Source: Camelus dromedarius
Lineage: Eukaryota
Direction of reading: 5' to 3'
DNA: 64,000 bases
Assembly: GCF_036321535.1 (NCBI RefSeq)
Contig: NC_087437.1
Span: 87,174,001 to 87,238,000, forward strand
Shown here: in pieces, positions 26,140 to 39,020 of the stretch
How positions within the stretch are numbered: position 1 is the first letter of the stretch
How the letters are laid out: every line of letters starts with the position of its first letter
Position numbers and translations under genes: made by a program
The notes under the pieces: model-generated
Seen by the model: the letters and a program-made list of their open reading frames with translations, nothing else
Told to the model about the DNA's origin: nothing
The model's database searches: none

Positions 26140-27010
26140 AATGTTATGAGCACTTATGTCAAAAAAGAAAGTCCATATACTGGGTATATTTTGTTCTTGT
26201 TCTCAGAAATCTCACAATATAGTGAACAATTAAAATGAACATGTTACTATAATAAATAATTACAAGTTGTGATAAATTATCTTATCTGATCTACTTAGAC
26301 AGTGGATCAGGCAATGCCTGACATTTAAGCTAAGAATTAGACCAGCAAGGTGGTAAGACGGAGGCATTAAGGCGATGAAGAACCCAGGAGCTGGAGTTTA
26401 GATCACTGGGGTCTTAATTCTGCCACTGATTGGCTTTAATTAGCGTTTGGGCAAGTTACTTAATCCCTTTGGTTTCAGTTTTCTCATCTGTAAAACAAAG
26501 ATGATGATAACATCTAAAACCAGAGAGTGAACCACATTTGAAGAGATGGGAACGTGTGCTGGGAAAGTGAAAACACAAGAGAGAGAGCTTTAATGAAAGC
26601 AGTGAGTGCTTCTGAGAAACTGAAAATCGGCCAGTGTGACTGCAGCATAATCTGGCAAGGATGACGTTTGTGAGAAGTTCAGCAGGAATCGGACCATCTG
26701 AAGCCCAAGCAGCCTTGGAAAGAAGTCTAGATTTTGTTTGTTGTACAAAAGCTGATGTTTGCTCTTCCCTCAGAAGATGTGTATTTAAGGGTAAAAGGGA
26801 CTATGAGGAAAAAGTCGATTTGTTTTTTCCTAAAGTAACAATATTAAAAATTAAGCAGAGGAGTAACGTGTGTGTTTTAAATAGATCACTTGGACTGCAA
26901 TGTGGAGATTTTAAGGGGAAAGGCAGCAGGAAAAGCAGTGACATTTTTATTACAGGCACGAGACCAGTTAAGAGACGGTGGTCGGCACCTTGGTGGCAGC
27001 ATTTGGGATG
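26140..27010 (-). mobile_element. L2 fragment interrupted by a MIR
   Basis: L2-like tgacatttaagctaaga, ggccagtgtgactgcagcata, ttttaaatagatcacttggactgcaatgtggaga, gagaccagttaagag. Confidence 0.6.
26360..26515 (+). mobile_element. MIR SINE
   Basis: ttgggcaagttacttaatccctttggtttcagttttctcatctgtaaaa matches the MIR core. Confidence 0.85.
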
Positions 27011-28782
27011 AAAAGAATTTGACCAATTTGAAATGTGTTTGCATTACACTGCATTTATTTAAAAAAAAAAAGCATTCCTATAAAAAGCACTATTTCCTTG
27101 GAGAAGTTTTTATATGTTGATAATACATGTTGGGTGGATTGTATGCAAGGATGTTTTATTTTAATTTTCAAGATCAGTTTTTTGAGGATTAGCTAAGGCA
27201 TTGGCAAACTGTCTTATTCTTAAATGAAGGTTCTTTGTTTTCTCCTCCAACTTTCTTCTTGCAGCTAGAAAGAACACTGGCCTGGCCTTTCCCATGGATC
27301 CCAGTGGGACTGTTCAGAATGTTGACTCAGAACCACTTACAGAATGTCCCCTTTATTAATCTGCTTTATGCTCCTAATCCCTCACTGACTGGAAGTGACA
27401 GACTATAAGGAACTCCTGCAATCTTTAAAAGCCAAGTTTCTAAAATATAAGCTTCTCAAGTATAAGTATATGAGAACCCCAAATCAGAAATGTTGGGCTC
27501 AAAAACTTTTCATTTGAGTAGTGCTACCAATGGTCTCTGTGCAATCGTGTAAATAAAACTTCATTTAAATTATTACCATAAGTTTATTCCTTCTACTAAG
27601 TATGTTCATCTAGTTCCTGAGATACTTCATGGCTGTTCTGCCAGGTGTTGAGGCATTAGCATGCCAGCACAGTCTCCCAGCACTAAGTTGATGCTCTAAG
27701 AAGAGTAAATGGGATGAAAAGCACATGCTTTCATTGAACAGTCTAGAGATCACTTCCTTTGCCTACTTTTTTTTTTTTTCCATGAGAACATAGGGTTATT
27801 AAGGTATCTAGAATTTTGTGTTGAAAAATTTGATAGGTTAAAGGAAGTCAGGAAAAACTAACGGGTTTCACCCTCAAGGGTGGAAGCAGACCCAAGGGGC
27901 AGGAGAAGCTGTGAATGGCAAGAATTAGGACATGTCAAGTGTGGAATGACTTTTGGAAAACGTCCCCCAGCAAAGATTTCCTAGTTGATGCAAGCAATGA
28001 CATCCACTACACAAAGTTCCTTGGCTTTTTTTTTTTTTTTCGGCTGGATTTTGTTGAGCCTGTCTGGCAGGTCTGTGCATCTCTAGATCAATTCCTTCTC
28101 TTGGCTCCTTTCTGTCTGACATTTTACTTCTGTCTGAAAAACCCAACTTTATTAGCAGAACAATCTGAATTTTTGCCATTCCCTTAATACCATTTGATAC
28201 CATTTTCTATCCTGGTTTGGTCCTCTTAACTGCTGACTTCTCTATTCCGAACTAGGCACAATCAGATGCTAAAAGATCCCATTCTTTAATGTGACCCTAG
28301 TTCGCCTGGATACACCCACCAGACTTTTCGTGTTGACCTCAAATAGGGATCCTTCATTTTAGAAAGGGTTTTGCTTTTTCCCTTCCCCAGTCCATCAATC
28401 TTGGGATGAAGCTTTGTAGGCTTCATCCTCTCAATTGATTCTGATCTGTCCAGAAAGGTTGCTTTTTTCTAACATGGGCTGCAGCAGAGACCCACAGCCT
28501 GTGTCAGAAACCAAGCAACCTGGGGGTCTCCCAGCTTTCAGGAGTGGAGCTCAGATACCGACAATTAGTATCCATGTATGATATTTAGGGTGCTTCATTC
28601 CCGTCTTTCCCTAGAAGCGTACGTTAGAGAGTGAAAGAACTCACAAAACTTCTACATTGAACTTCTATCAGAAGACTGTAACATCTCTGGCATTACAGTA
28701 ATACAATATAACAGTAACTGGGATGGCTTAACGATTCAGCAGCCATATGAATGAGATTGTCTGAGAAAGCTTTCCATCCTAT

Positions 28783-28811
28783 CCCTTCCCCATCCCCGAC
28801 CCAAACTCCCC
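28783..28811 (-). other. G-quadruplex motif abutting duplication breakpoint
   Basis: Plus strand reads CCC-tt-CCCC-at-CCCC-ga-CCC-aaact-CCCC and ends at 28811; arm B starts at 28812. Confidence 0.75.
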
Positions 28812-29359
28812 AAAATCAAAGTATTATTCTTGAAATTAAAAGTTAATCGTTATATTAACTTGATTAATAATTATATATTATTATCATTTTTTATTATCCT
28901 TTAAAAATATGGGTCATCATTGTTGAAGGCTCACTATGCACCAGGTAGTGAGGTAAACTCTTCACATAAACTGTAACATTTAATTTGTACAGTAGCCCCA
29001 TGAAAGAAGCATCGTCACCCTCCACCTCCCCCCTTAGAGATGAAGAAAATGAAGCTTACAGTGAATAAGAGGAAGTGGCAAGAGTCAAGCTGAAGTCTGC
29101 CTGATTCCAAGGAGACAAGCACACAAATGTGGCTCATTTATTGTTCTCACGATAAAATTAAATACCCTTGGTAAACCTAAGATCGAATTAGTTATAACAG
29201 CGTAAATGATCTTTGTTGAGCGACTGTGTTGATACATAGGCTGACACTGTAGCTTGCCATTGGGGCACCTCTTCATTGAAGGACTCCGTGCCCTGGCTGC
29301 TGGGAGTGCTGGCAGCTGGCAGCTCTCAGCCCCTTCAGAGGTGGCCTCTGTTGTAGAGA
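28812..29359 (-). repeat. Inverted duplication arm B (548 bp), partner 16382-16932
   Basis: Reverse complement of arm A. Its LTR16 portion continues uninterrupted beyond 29359. Confidence 0.98.
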
Positions 29360-29628
29360 GCAGCCAGGCCAGAGCTCATGCCCTTCCCGGGTGGAGCCTC
29401 CAAAGACAGACAATGCAGGAATGAAAAGGCCTGGCTATCTTGGACCATTTCCAGATCATTTTAAGAGACGTTTCAGGCTCTGCACTCTGGGGTGGGTCTG
29501 TATCCCAGCCCCACTCCTGATTCCTCTTCTTCCTTCCACAGGGATGACCCCAAGGTGCTTCTTGATAAAGGTCTGGCATACTGACCTACTTCTTAGAGTC
29601 TGCTTCCAAGGAAACCCAACTCACAATA
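29248..29628 (+). mobile_element. ERVL solo LTR, LTR16A-like
   Basis: Starts TGTAGC; gctgctgggagtgctggcagctg..gctctcagc; catgcccttcccggg; ccttccacaggg; ends ttagagtctgcttccaaggaaacccaactcacaata. Confidence 0.8.
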
Positions 29629-30169
29629 GTGGAGAAAGAGGGAGAGGCTGGGCATGTGGTTTCTGGGTAAGGAGGACGACACTGAATAAGACATCACTTC
29701 ACACAATGAGCAGGAGTCAGATCATAAAAATAGCCTCCCAGTTCACTGTGTTTGGTTCTGTATAAAATTAACATGGCCATTCCTTGTAGTTAAAAATATT
29801 ATTATGTATACCTTATTAATTTGGTGGTTTATTCTTTCTGATCTAACTGCTCCTGTATATGGCACGTTCATTTATTTACTCCTGCATTTTCCATTTCCAT
29901 AAGGTGACTCCTAGGACACCACACAGGCTAGTGTGTGTAGAACAGTCTCACTTTGTAACTGTTGTCTCATTTTAATTATAAGTCTCAAGCATCCCTACAG
30001 GGACGATAATTACGTGTTCAACCAACTCATTCCCAGAATCTGTGTATATCTTCTACTTGTTGTGATTTTAACTGAATTGTGTCACTTGGATAAAAAGGGT
30101 CATTAAGCACAGCAAGTTTAAAATAATAAAAATTATGGTAAATTAAGGATTTACCAAAGATCAGTAAAC

Positions 30170-30780
30170 TTAATACCAGTTTGCATTGGCAAAGGGGTGG
30201 AGAAACCAATGCCTCCATGGACTGCTAGCCAGAGAGTAAACTGGCGGAATCTCTACTGAGGGCAGTTTGACAATATTTATAAAAATTTAATATGCACACA
30301 AAGTTGAACCCAATAATTCCTATTTTAGGCATTAAACAAAGATATAGCTACTAAACTGTGAAATGATATTCATACCAGGTTATTCATTACAGCCATGTTT
30401 ATATTAGGGGATTAAAAAAAATGAAAGAGGAAGAAGTGACTGCCCGTCAGTAAGAAACCACGTAAATAAATTATGGTGCATCCAGACCATGTAGTACCAT
30501 GCAAATATAGAAACTAAAGCTACAAAGAGACTCTTTCACATAAAGAGGTTGTTAGGTTTCAAAAAACATATTGTTAGGTTTCAAAAAAAAGTCTAGGCTA
30601 TAGAAAAACAAGATTGAAAACTTCCATTCGTTTTAATTATACAGCATTACACGATACTTATCTACATATAAATGCATGATTAAAAATAGGAATGGCCTCT
30701 GGAAAGGAGAAAAGATGACCTACTGGCAGACCTGAGTGAACCATATCAATGTATTACCTGTTCAAACGTCCCTTTTTACT
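30170..30780 (+). mobile_element. Ancient L1M(E)-type LINE 3' fragment
   Basis: tgcattggcaaaggggtggagaaac..gagggcagtttgacaatatttat..aacccaataattcctattttagg..aaataaattatggtgcatcca. Confidence 0.7.
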
Positions 30781-30797
30781 CTAGATTTCTGACACAA

Positions 30798-31116
30798 CAT
30801 GGTTCTCAAAGTGTGGTCCAGGAAGGGCAAAATGATTTTCATAGTAACAAGGTGGCATTTGCCTTTGCACTTTAATTATCTCACTGTTGTTCAATAGAGT
30901 TTACCAGAAGCTCTACGATGTGTGATGACATCATATCTCTCTTGTTAGCATCTAGTGAAGTTACTGTTATTTTGTATATTAATTAATAATTTCTTTAAAT
31001 TTCCCAGTTTAATTCCCATTAGAGTAAATATTGATGGACATAACTCACATAAACAAAATCCCAATAATTTTAAGGGTCTTATAAAGGGGTCCTGAGACCA
31101 AAAAAGTAGAACCACT
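30798..31116. mobile_element. hAT-Charlie DNA transposon remnant
   Basis: Terminal catggttctcaaagtgtggtcc ... ggggtcctgagaccaaaaaagtagaaccact inverted ends. Confidence 0.7.
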
Positions 31117-31980
31117 CTAAAACAAGAAATTAAAAAAGAAAAAAAAATTTCAAACATAGAGACGTTTGAGGTTGTGAGATGGAAGCAATCAGTGAGCTGA
31201 GGAGACCAAAAAAGTAAAACATTTTCACTGATGGATTTGGTATAAAAAGCCTGGAAAACATTTGCTAAAGCGATATACCAAGTTTACAACAGTAATGAAG
31301 AAAGTTTATGCTACAACATTAATTAGAGACGGGAATAAACAGGATGCAAGTCTGCTTGTACAACATGATTCTGACTATGTTACAAGAGTGTATAGAAAAA
31401 AATATATAAAGATACCCAAATCCCAATGTTGATTTTCTCTCAGCGCTGGCATATAAAGCTGATATTTACTTATGAACATTTATTTATAATTATTTATTTT
31501 TAAATATTAATAATTTCATAATACTAAAAACTTTTCATAGGGCCCTCCCATGAAGACTCATTTTATCCTCCTAACAATCTAAAGGAAAACAACCTGAATA
31601 TCACCATCACTTTATGTAAGAAACTGATACCAACAAGGTCTCTACATTGCTTTTTTCTAGTTTTCAATATCAAACACTAATGTATCATACAATTTACTTA
31701 TTTATTATATCTGTTGTCTATCTGCCCCTGGATAAATGTAAGACCCATCTGAATTGCTCTATAACATTGTCAACTTCTAATAGATTTCATATTATACTCA
31801 TTTGCTGCATTTGCAAACTGCTTCTTCTGATAGAATGCAAGAAAACTGATGACCAACATTTTTTATTCCAATTCTTAGAATGTAATGGTATTAGGATAAA
31901 GGTTTTAAGGTGTTGGTGTAACTGCAACATGAATTTGTATATATTCAAATCTAGTGCAATCTTTTTAGTTTTGGAGAAAT

Positions 31981-32195
31981 CAAAAAAGAAAAAGATAAGG
32001 AAGGAAAGAAAGGAAAAAGGAGAGGAAAGAAGGAAGAAGAAAAGGAACAGAAAGAAGGAAAGGAAGAGAGAGAGAAAGAAAGAAAAAACAAAAGGAAAGA
32101 AGGAAGGAAGGAAGAAAGAGAAAGAAAAAGAAAGCAAGGAAAAAAGAAGGAAGGAAAGAAGGAAGATGGGGAGAGGGAGAGGAGGAGGGGGAAAG
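31981..32195 (+). repeat. Polypurine (GAAA/GGAA-type) low-complexity tract
   Basis: ~215 bp almost entirely A/G; accounts for the K/E/R-rich and F/S/L-rich pseudo-ORFs here. Confidence 0.95.
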
Positions 32196-32379
32196 GTCTA
32201 TATAAAGCCTAGTTGGTATTTGGTTTCTTAATGAACCATGCTTAGCCTCCAACACCAAATTTCACAATTCTCCATGTAGAGCTAATGCCTTATTACATGG
32301 AGTACTTGGGTATATTCCAACATAATAATTAAAATGATAAAAATAAAAACATTAATAGTAATAATATTAGATATTTATC

Positions 32380-32832
32380 CACCTTGCATTCCCAGGAAAC
32401 GAGCCACCTTCCTATATTTGAATACACAACCATTAAATGCTCCCCATTTATTTTCTGTGGCTCCAGTTAGCAGTGAGTGCTTGGCTATTGACTATTCCTG
32501 GCCAGAACTGTGAGATAGGAGTGAGAGTCAATGCAGGATTTTTTTCTCATGGCATCAGCTTCAGCAATGCCATCCAGGTTCCATAGACAGCCCTGTCAGT
32601 GGTGCCAGTGGCCACAGTCAAGCACTAAATGAACACAGTGGTGATTGCAGGGACTTTACCAACAGAGTGTGGTGGTGTTCGCTCTGGTCCTCACGGTACC
32701 CTCCCGAGCTGGACCCTGCTGCCTCCTAGGCTGGGTGGTCGGGTCTTGCTGATGCTCCTTTAGGTAAATTCCTTTTCTGACTAAATCAGCCTGAGTGGGT
32801 TTCTGATGCTAACAACTAAGAACTCTGATACA
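32380..32832 (+). mobile_element. ERVL LTR, LTR33-like
   Basis: 3' end taaattccttttctgactaaatcagcctgagtgggtttctgatgctaacaactaagaactctgataca; 5' boundary approximate. Confidence 0.65.
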
Positions 32833-33849
32833 TAAAATTAGTATCTGATTTGGTAAAAAGAATTATAGTTTGGTATAAAATGATCAGGGTTATAGATACG
32901 ACATGAAAATTAAATCTCAGTGAATCAAAACACATAGATGTTTGATGAATATTGGCTTAATGAATCTGAAATCTCACTAGAAACATTTGATCAATATGGC
33001 AGCCATATTAGTATAAAACAAACTGATATAAGTCATCGAATAAATAATGCATATACACCTTTGAAGATATGGTAAAGTTATTTATAGTATATTGTCTTTG
33101 ACAATATATTATAAATATTTGAATATATAATAATGTATTATCCAGGTAAGTAACAAAAAAAGATATTTCCTTTTCCACAATATATGTGTAAGAGAGTTTT
33201 TTCTTTGTTTAAGGAAATTAAGGGCAAGTACATTTATATTTTATGTATGCAATGGCTTACCAAATTTTTATTCCTTTCAGACAGAACTAATTTCAAATTT
33301 GAAAAACAACTTGGTCTAGTCCTCTTTTGATGCTACTTATTAAACAGTCTCTTTCAGACCTTGGAGTCCTCTACATTGTCAGCAGTTATTATGCTATTGC
33401 TAAGAAGAAAGGCCCATTGTAAAATATGTTTGGGAAGCAATTGGTTTATAAAAAAGCAAACCATGTGTCTTTAAACAGAATTTCTCAAAACCTTTAAAAC
33501 ATTAATGTGTTGGGTTTTTTTATGAGTCTGGAAGGAGATATGATAAGAAGCATCCTATCAACTTATTTTACTTGTTTAAAATTTTAATCTTAACATTTTT
33601 TGGAGTAATACAATGTCTTCTGAAAGACGGGGAATTCCTGACCAAATAAAATAGTCAACCAATAAATTGTATGTTCTTTAGCTTCTTTTGATAAACAGTA
33701 AAAAGTAAAACCTCAGCAACTTATACTCTAATTGAAAAGTGAGACAGGAGGTCTTACAATGAGAAATTACGTATCCTCTACCATTAGTGTTAAGGGTAAT
33801 CCTCAGCGGAATCACAGACTCTGTTGTAATAATTCTGCTTTAGGGAGAA

Positions 33850-34078
33850 GCATTTAAAAAATGGTTTAGAACTCTGGACTCGAAATGTTTAGGTTTAAAT
33901 CCTGTCTCCACCACGTACTGGTTGTACGATCTTCAGCAATTTAGTTACTTTCATTGTACTTTAGTTTTCTCATTTATAAAATGATAATAAACTGTGTCTC
34001 ATAGGCTTACCATGTAAATTAAACGTTAATATTTGTAAAGCGCTGGTGTACACCAAACGACATAAGTTTATTATAAAT
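33850..34078 (+). mobile_element. MIR SINE
   Basis: actctggactc..ggtttaaatcctgtctccaccacgtactggttgtacgatctt..agttttctcatttataaaatgataata. Confidence 0.85.
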
Positions 34079-37000
34079 AAGTAAATGCCAAGCCTTCTAC
34101 CTGGGTTAAGTTAAAAAAAGGCTTCACCACTGTTAGACATTTTTGTCACCGTCTCTGGCTTTTTTCTGTCAATCCTGTTTAAAATTTCATCTCTACCCAT
34201 GAACTCTTCCCATCTCTCTCCCCTGCTTTAATTTTATTTTTAAATGTGTTTCCATTGCATATGTTACCACATCAACAGCATATATGTTACTAATGGTATT
34301 TATTGCCTTCCTCCCCTACTTCCAAGGACAAATTTTTCTGCTTACCATTGTCTCTCTAGAGACATGTAGAGAGAACTTCCTGGAATTAGTCACCTGTAGC
34401 GTAACTGTGAAATCAATAAATGTACATCATCAGCCCCCAGAGAGTTTCATCTCTGCTTCTTGGTCCCCCTGGCCCTGTCTTTATTCTTCCAGCATTACCC
34501 TTTACAACAGTCATCTGCTGGGAGCAGCGTGATTATTGAGATAACCATGAACTTAAGCACATATTCCAGAACCCAAAGGAAATCAGGAAAAACACCTAAA
34601 AGAAATGTGATATGCTATGCATCTTGCTTCTCTTTCTTTTCCATCAACTTTGCAGAAGATCTGGTTCTGTGAAAGAACACCATACATATTTGCTACAGGT
34701 GTTATGAATAACAGCTGAAGTATGAGAAAAGGTGTCTGTTAATAACGATCAAACAGAATTTTAATTTGACAAGTTTAGAAAATTATTTGAAAGCTGTAGT
34801 AAGGAATATCTGGCAATTGTTATTTTAATGAAAGTATCTTTAATCATAATTTTTCTGAAGTAAAACTTGCAAATAAGTGGTTCAGTCAGAAAAGGGTGGA
34901 ATTCGGTTGGCCAAGGCTAGGACACTGCCTCACACTACCTTAGTGTCCTGGCTTTTCTCCCAGCAGAAACCTTTCCTTCATCATAATTTCAGCCTCATAT
35001 ATCTGAAACCAAACTGTCCATGGAAGTTCATTCCGTTCCTTTAGCTTTTGCACTCTATACATTAAGAGGCAGACACCTTGCCTCTGCCACATTCTCTGGA
35101 TCCGTCTGTGCATGGATGCTGTGTCAATTCTGAAACCTGTCCAGGCAACAAGAGGTGTCCTGTTTTCTGTCCCAGGCCATCTGGCTATCCTTAGGTATAA
35201 TTTGTTCAGGAAAAAAAAAAATCTGTAGTGGACATGAGTGAATATAAAGAGAAAAAGGAAAATGATTCTATAAAAAGTAGTCAGAAAAACTCAAGTCTTA
35301 ATGTATCTAGCACTTTTATAGTCTACTTTTTTTTTTTAATAAAATGCTGCTGGTCTGTCACATTATAACATTCTCTTTTAGCTTTTGCATGCTAACTTGT
35401 TTTGATAATTTGCCAACTAATTCCATTCTTATTTTTGCCTAGGATAGGAAGCAAACTTCTTCACTGAGAAAGGGGAAAGGGAAGAGCAAAAACTAGAAAA
35501 CCAGACCTTGAAGTCTTACCTTACAGTGGGATAAAAAACCAAAAACAATACATTAGCTCTTCTGTCAATTTCCCAGACATCTGAACCTGGCACTTTGGCC
35601 TAATTTTTGCCAAAAGCACACCAAATCACCCTTCCACATGTGCAAAGAAAAAACGAAAGGAAGCATTATATGCTTAAAAAAAATTAAAAAATAAACTTTT
35701 TTTAAAAACTGGAGATCAGTTAAAAATAAGAACATTTGCTCCTCATTTTATAACATATTTTCACCTTTTCCAGTTTTACCTGCTTTCTTCTTGTTTAATA
35801 TGTTTAAGGAAGTCCTGGATTTCTAACATCCAAATAAAGCAGATGTGAGGAACACCCAGATTCAAAGGAAACACTTACACAAACAACAAAACTCACATGA
35901 GAGCAGTTAAAACAAGTTTCTTTAGACACCATTTCTCCATCCTGGAAAGTCTAATCACCAGTCTTGTCCCCATAGGATACTTAGTACTCAACTTCTGTTC
36001 CTTCATTCATAAAATCTCTCCAATTTGCATATAAAAGGTATCTTCTTCCCAACAGCCTCCCAGTAAACTTACCCCTTCAAATGCCCAAGTTGACTAGTTT
36101 TAACAATCACCACACTGTTCATCATATAAAGATTGTTATTTCTTTTCCTTTGGATACTTACAATCTGTTTCTTGTAAAGTTGAAACGAGGTTGTTTTCTC
36201 ATGTTGAAAGAACTGACAGCTGTAATTACTCCTACCACTGCAACAGGACGTGGTTCCCAGCATTCAACTACACACTGTATAAACCATGAATCTGTTCAAT
36301 GTTTTCAAAGATGAGAAAGGGTAATCTCAGAAAGGAAGTCACTAAAGTCCTATTTTCACCATCAAGAAAACTCAACCCTCAACAACAGGTATATGATTTT
36401 TTTTTTTTTTTTTGAGCTCATTCAAATTGTCAAACTGTGGTTATTTTGGTGTTTTGCTTTGGTTTTGCTCTTTTTTTCTTTTACAAATGATGCCTATGAA
36501 GCCTGGCATCGTAAAAAAAAAAAGTATTGATCCCGTTCCTTTTCAAGATTTTCATTGACAATGCAAAAGCCATCTTTAAAATAAAAATGGATTGTTATCA
36601 TAGGTGATTTAATCTGAAATATTTTTTAAAGTTTTTGTTCGCTCCCTCATCTGTAGTAGCATCTTTCTAGTTAATATCATACCTGAAATTAATATATTCT
36701 TGGAAAAATTAAATGAAATAATATACATAATATATATTGTCAGTGCCTGGTAGGTGAGCACTCACTAAATGCAACTTGATAATCTTCTTAAAATAGAACT
36801 AGAAAAAGCTATTTTATGGTTCCAGAACTTTGAGAAGTTTGTTTTAAATGGCATAGATTGGGTGAAACCATAGTTACAATTTAATAAATAGTTTCTAATC
36901 TATTGAAGAATATGCAAGATCATTATTTCTATTTTAGAATACTCCTCATTATCTATCAATTTTATATACATTTCTTTGCCTACTAGCTCCAAAACTCCTC

Positions 37001-37934
37001 CAACCAGGAAATAATGTCATATATTCATCGTTTCCCATTTAATGAACATACTATCAGACACATGCACCGTAAGTGCTTAATAGATGTCACTTTGAACAGA
37101 CTTCAAGAATGCTTTAATACAATTTTATCTTTAAAAAAAACCAACAAAAATCTTCCAAACCTTTTAACACAATTATTTTTCTATTGATCAATTTCCTTTT
37201 CTAAACTACATAAATTGAATGATTAAAAGAAGATAAAACTGTTATTTGTGAAGGACTTTAAGATAAAGGTTGTCTTTTTTAGTTCAATAAAGAAAAGCTG
37301 GATATATAGTCATTTATTCCATATTTATATAGGATTTAAAGCTTATATATCAACACGTGTTAAAGGACTGCAGACATATTAATTTTCACACTTTGTAATT
37401 ATCATTGCTCCACTGTTATAATCATTTATATATGCTCTTAGATACTTTAGTGTGGTTAAGGAAGTTGGTCTACTGAGTGTGTCATTTAACTTTGGATGAA
37501 CTATAAGGATAACTACCTTATGTCTCAAATAAAATATTGATTTTTTAAAGCTCCATTCTTTTTAAACCATCATCCTTTTGATTCCTAAAACTTTGTATTA
37601 CATTTTTCAGTCTTTTGACCAATCTACCAATTATATACAGTTGTTTACAAAACAGCTGCCAAAGGATTGAAGTATTTCATATGGTTTATAAAATTAACCC
37701 TAGTTTGATCAAAATATTTTTTATTGTAGCCATCCATTAAACAAAGCAATCTCAAAAACTAGACTTCAAACTAGTATTCTCAGAATTAATAAAGGACTAT
37801 GATCTTCTATACTCTTATGCACACATTTCACACTTATATAAGGATATCTAGTCCATAGATTCTTATAACATTTTCTCAAGAATTCATAAGGGGAAGATCT
37901 CTTTTTCTACATTTATCAATTTATTAACTTATTG

Positions 37935-39020
37935 AAGCATTCAACAAATATTTATTGAGTGCTCCCCTGTGTCAAGTCTTGTCCTGGGCTCCAGGGATAA
38001 CTTGGAAAACAAAGGAGTCAAAAATATCTGCCTTCCTGTTCTAAAAGTAAGGGACTGTACTTTTTTAAATTAAATACACTACAGAGAATGTTAAGAGGTG
38101 AGATTAAGTGTTACAGAGATAATAAAAGAAAGACATGTCCCAGGGATTGCCATGGAAGAGAGGGAATAAAATTTAAAACAGTGATCAAGACAAGCCTTAC
38201 TGAGAGGTTGGCATTTGAAGGGAAAAGAAATGAAAGACAAGAGAGGAAGACCCTAGGGATGGCTACATTTGCAGAAAGAGGGAGGAGCAAGTGCTGACAA
38301 TCAGGGATAAAAGCAGACCTGGCTTGTTCAAGCTCACCATGGAGGCCAGCAAAGATGGAGCCACATGAGGAAGAGTACAGGATAAGGTCTTGTACCACTG
38401 GAGGGAGATCATTCAGGTCTTCTAAGCAATGCTGAAGACTTTAACAGAGTGAGATGGGAAACCACTGGAGGGTGGTGAGCACAGTGACACAGCTGACTTA
38501 CCATTTTAATTTCAAAATGGACTGTAACTGCAATGGGACAAATGCAGAAGCAGGGAGCTCAAGTTTTACAGTAATCCAGGCAAAAAGATGGTGGTGTCCT
38601 GGCCAGGATGCTAGCAGAGGTGATGGTAAGAAATAGTTAATTCTTAACACATTTTGAAAGGAGAGTCAACATGATTCACTCTCATTGCAAGTGAAATATA
38701 AGAGAAAGAAAAGAATCAAAGTTACCACAAAGTTTTTGGTATGATCACCTAGAATGAGCAGGTGGTCATGAACTGAGATGACAAAGAACTCCCCAAGAAG
38801 TATATTTGTGGGGTAGCGTAGGGCGAGAAAGAGGAAATCGGTTTTTCATAAGTTTAATTTCAGATGGAAATGTGAAGAAGGAAGTTGAATATATGAATCT
38901 GCATTTTGGAGAAGTCTGGAAATGAAGAGGCAACAGCCAAGTCAACGAAGAAGGTGTCCCTAGCATGAAACAAAGAAGCAGGAGAGCAAGGTATCTTGTG
39001 AACCCCAGGGAGGGGGTAGG
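37935..39020 (-). mobile_element. L2 LINE 3' portion
   Basis: cattcaacaaatatttattgagtgctcccctgtgtcaag (reverse L2 terminus); gagtgagatgggaaaccactggaggg; cagtaatccaggcaaaagatggtggtg. Confidence 0.85.

Noticed and set aside
30549..30588. TTGTTAGGTTTCAAAAAA x2 direct repeat
   Set aside because: Ordinary slippage duplication inside an old L1; not CRISPR-like.
31647..32258. 194-, 116- and 92-aa overlapping ORFs
   Set aside because: Open only because of the stop-free polypurine tract.
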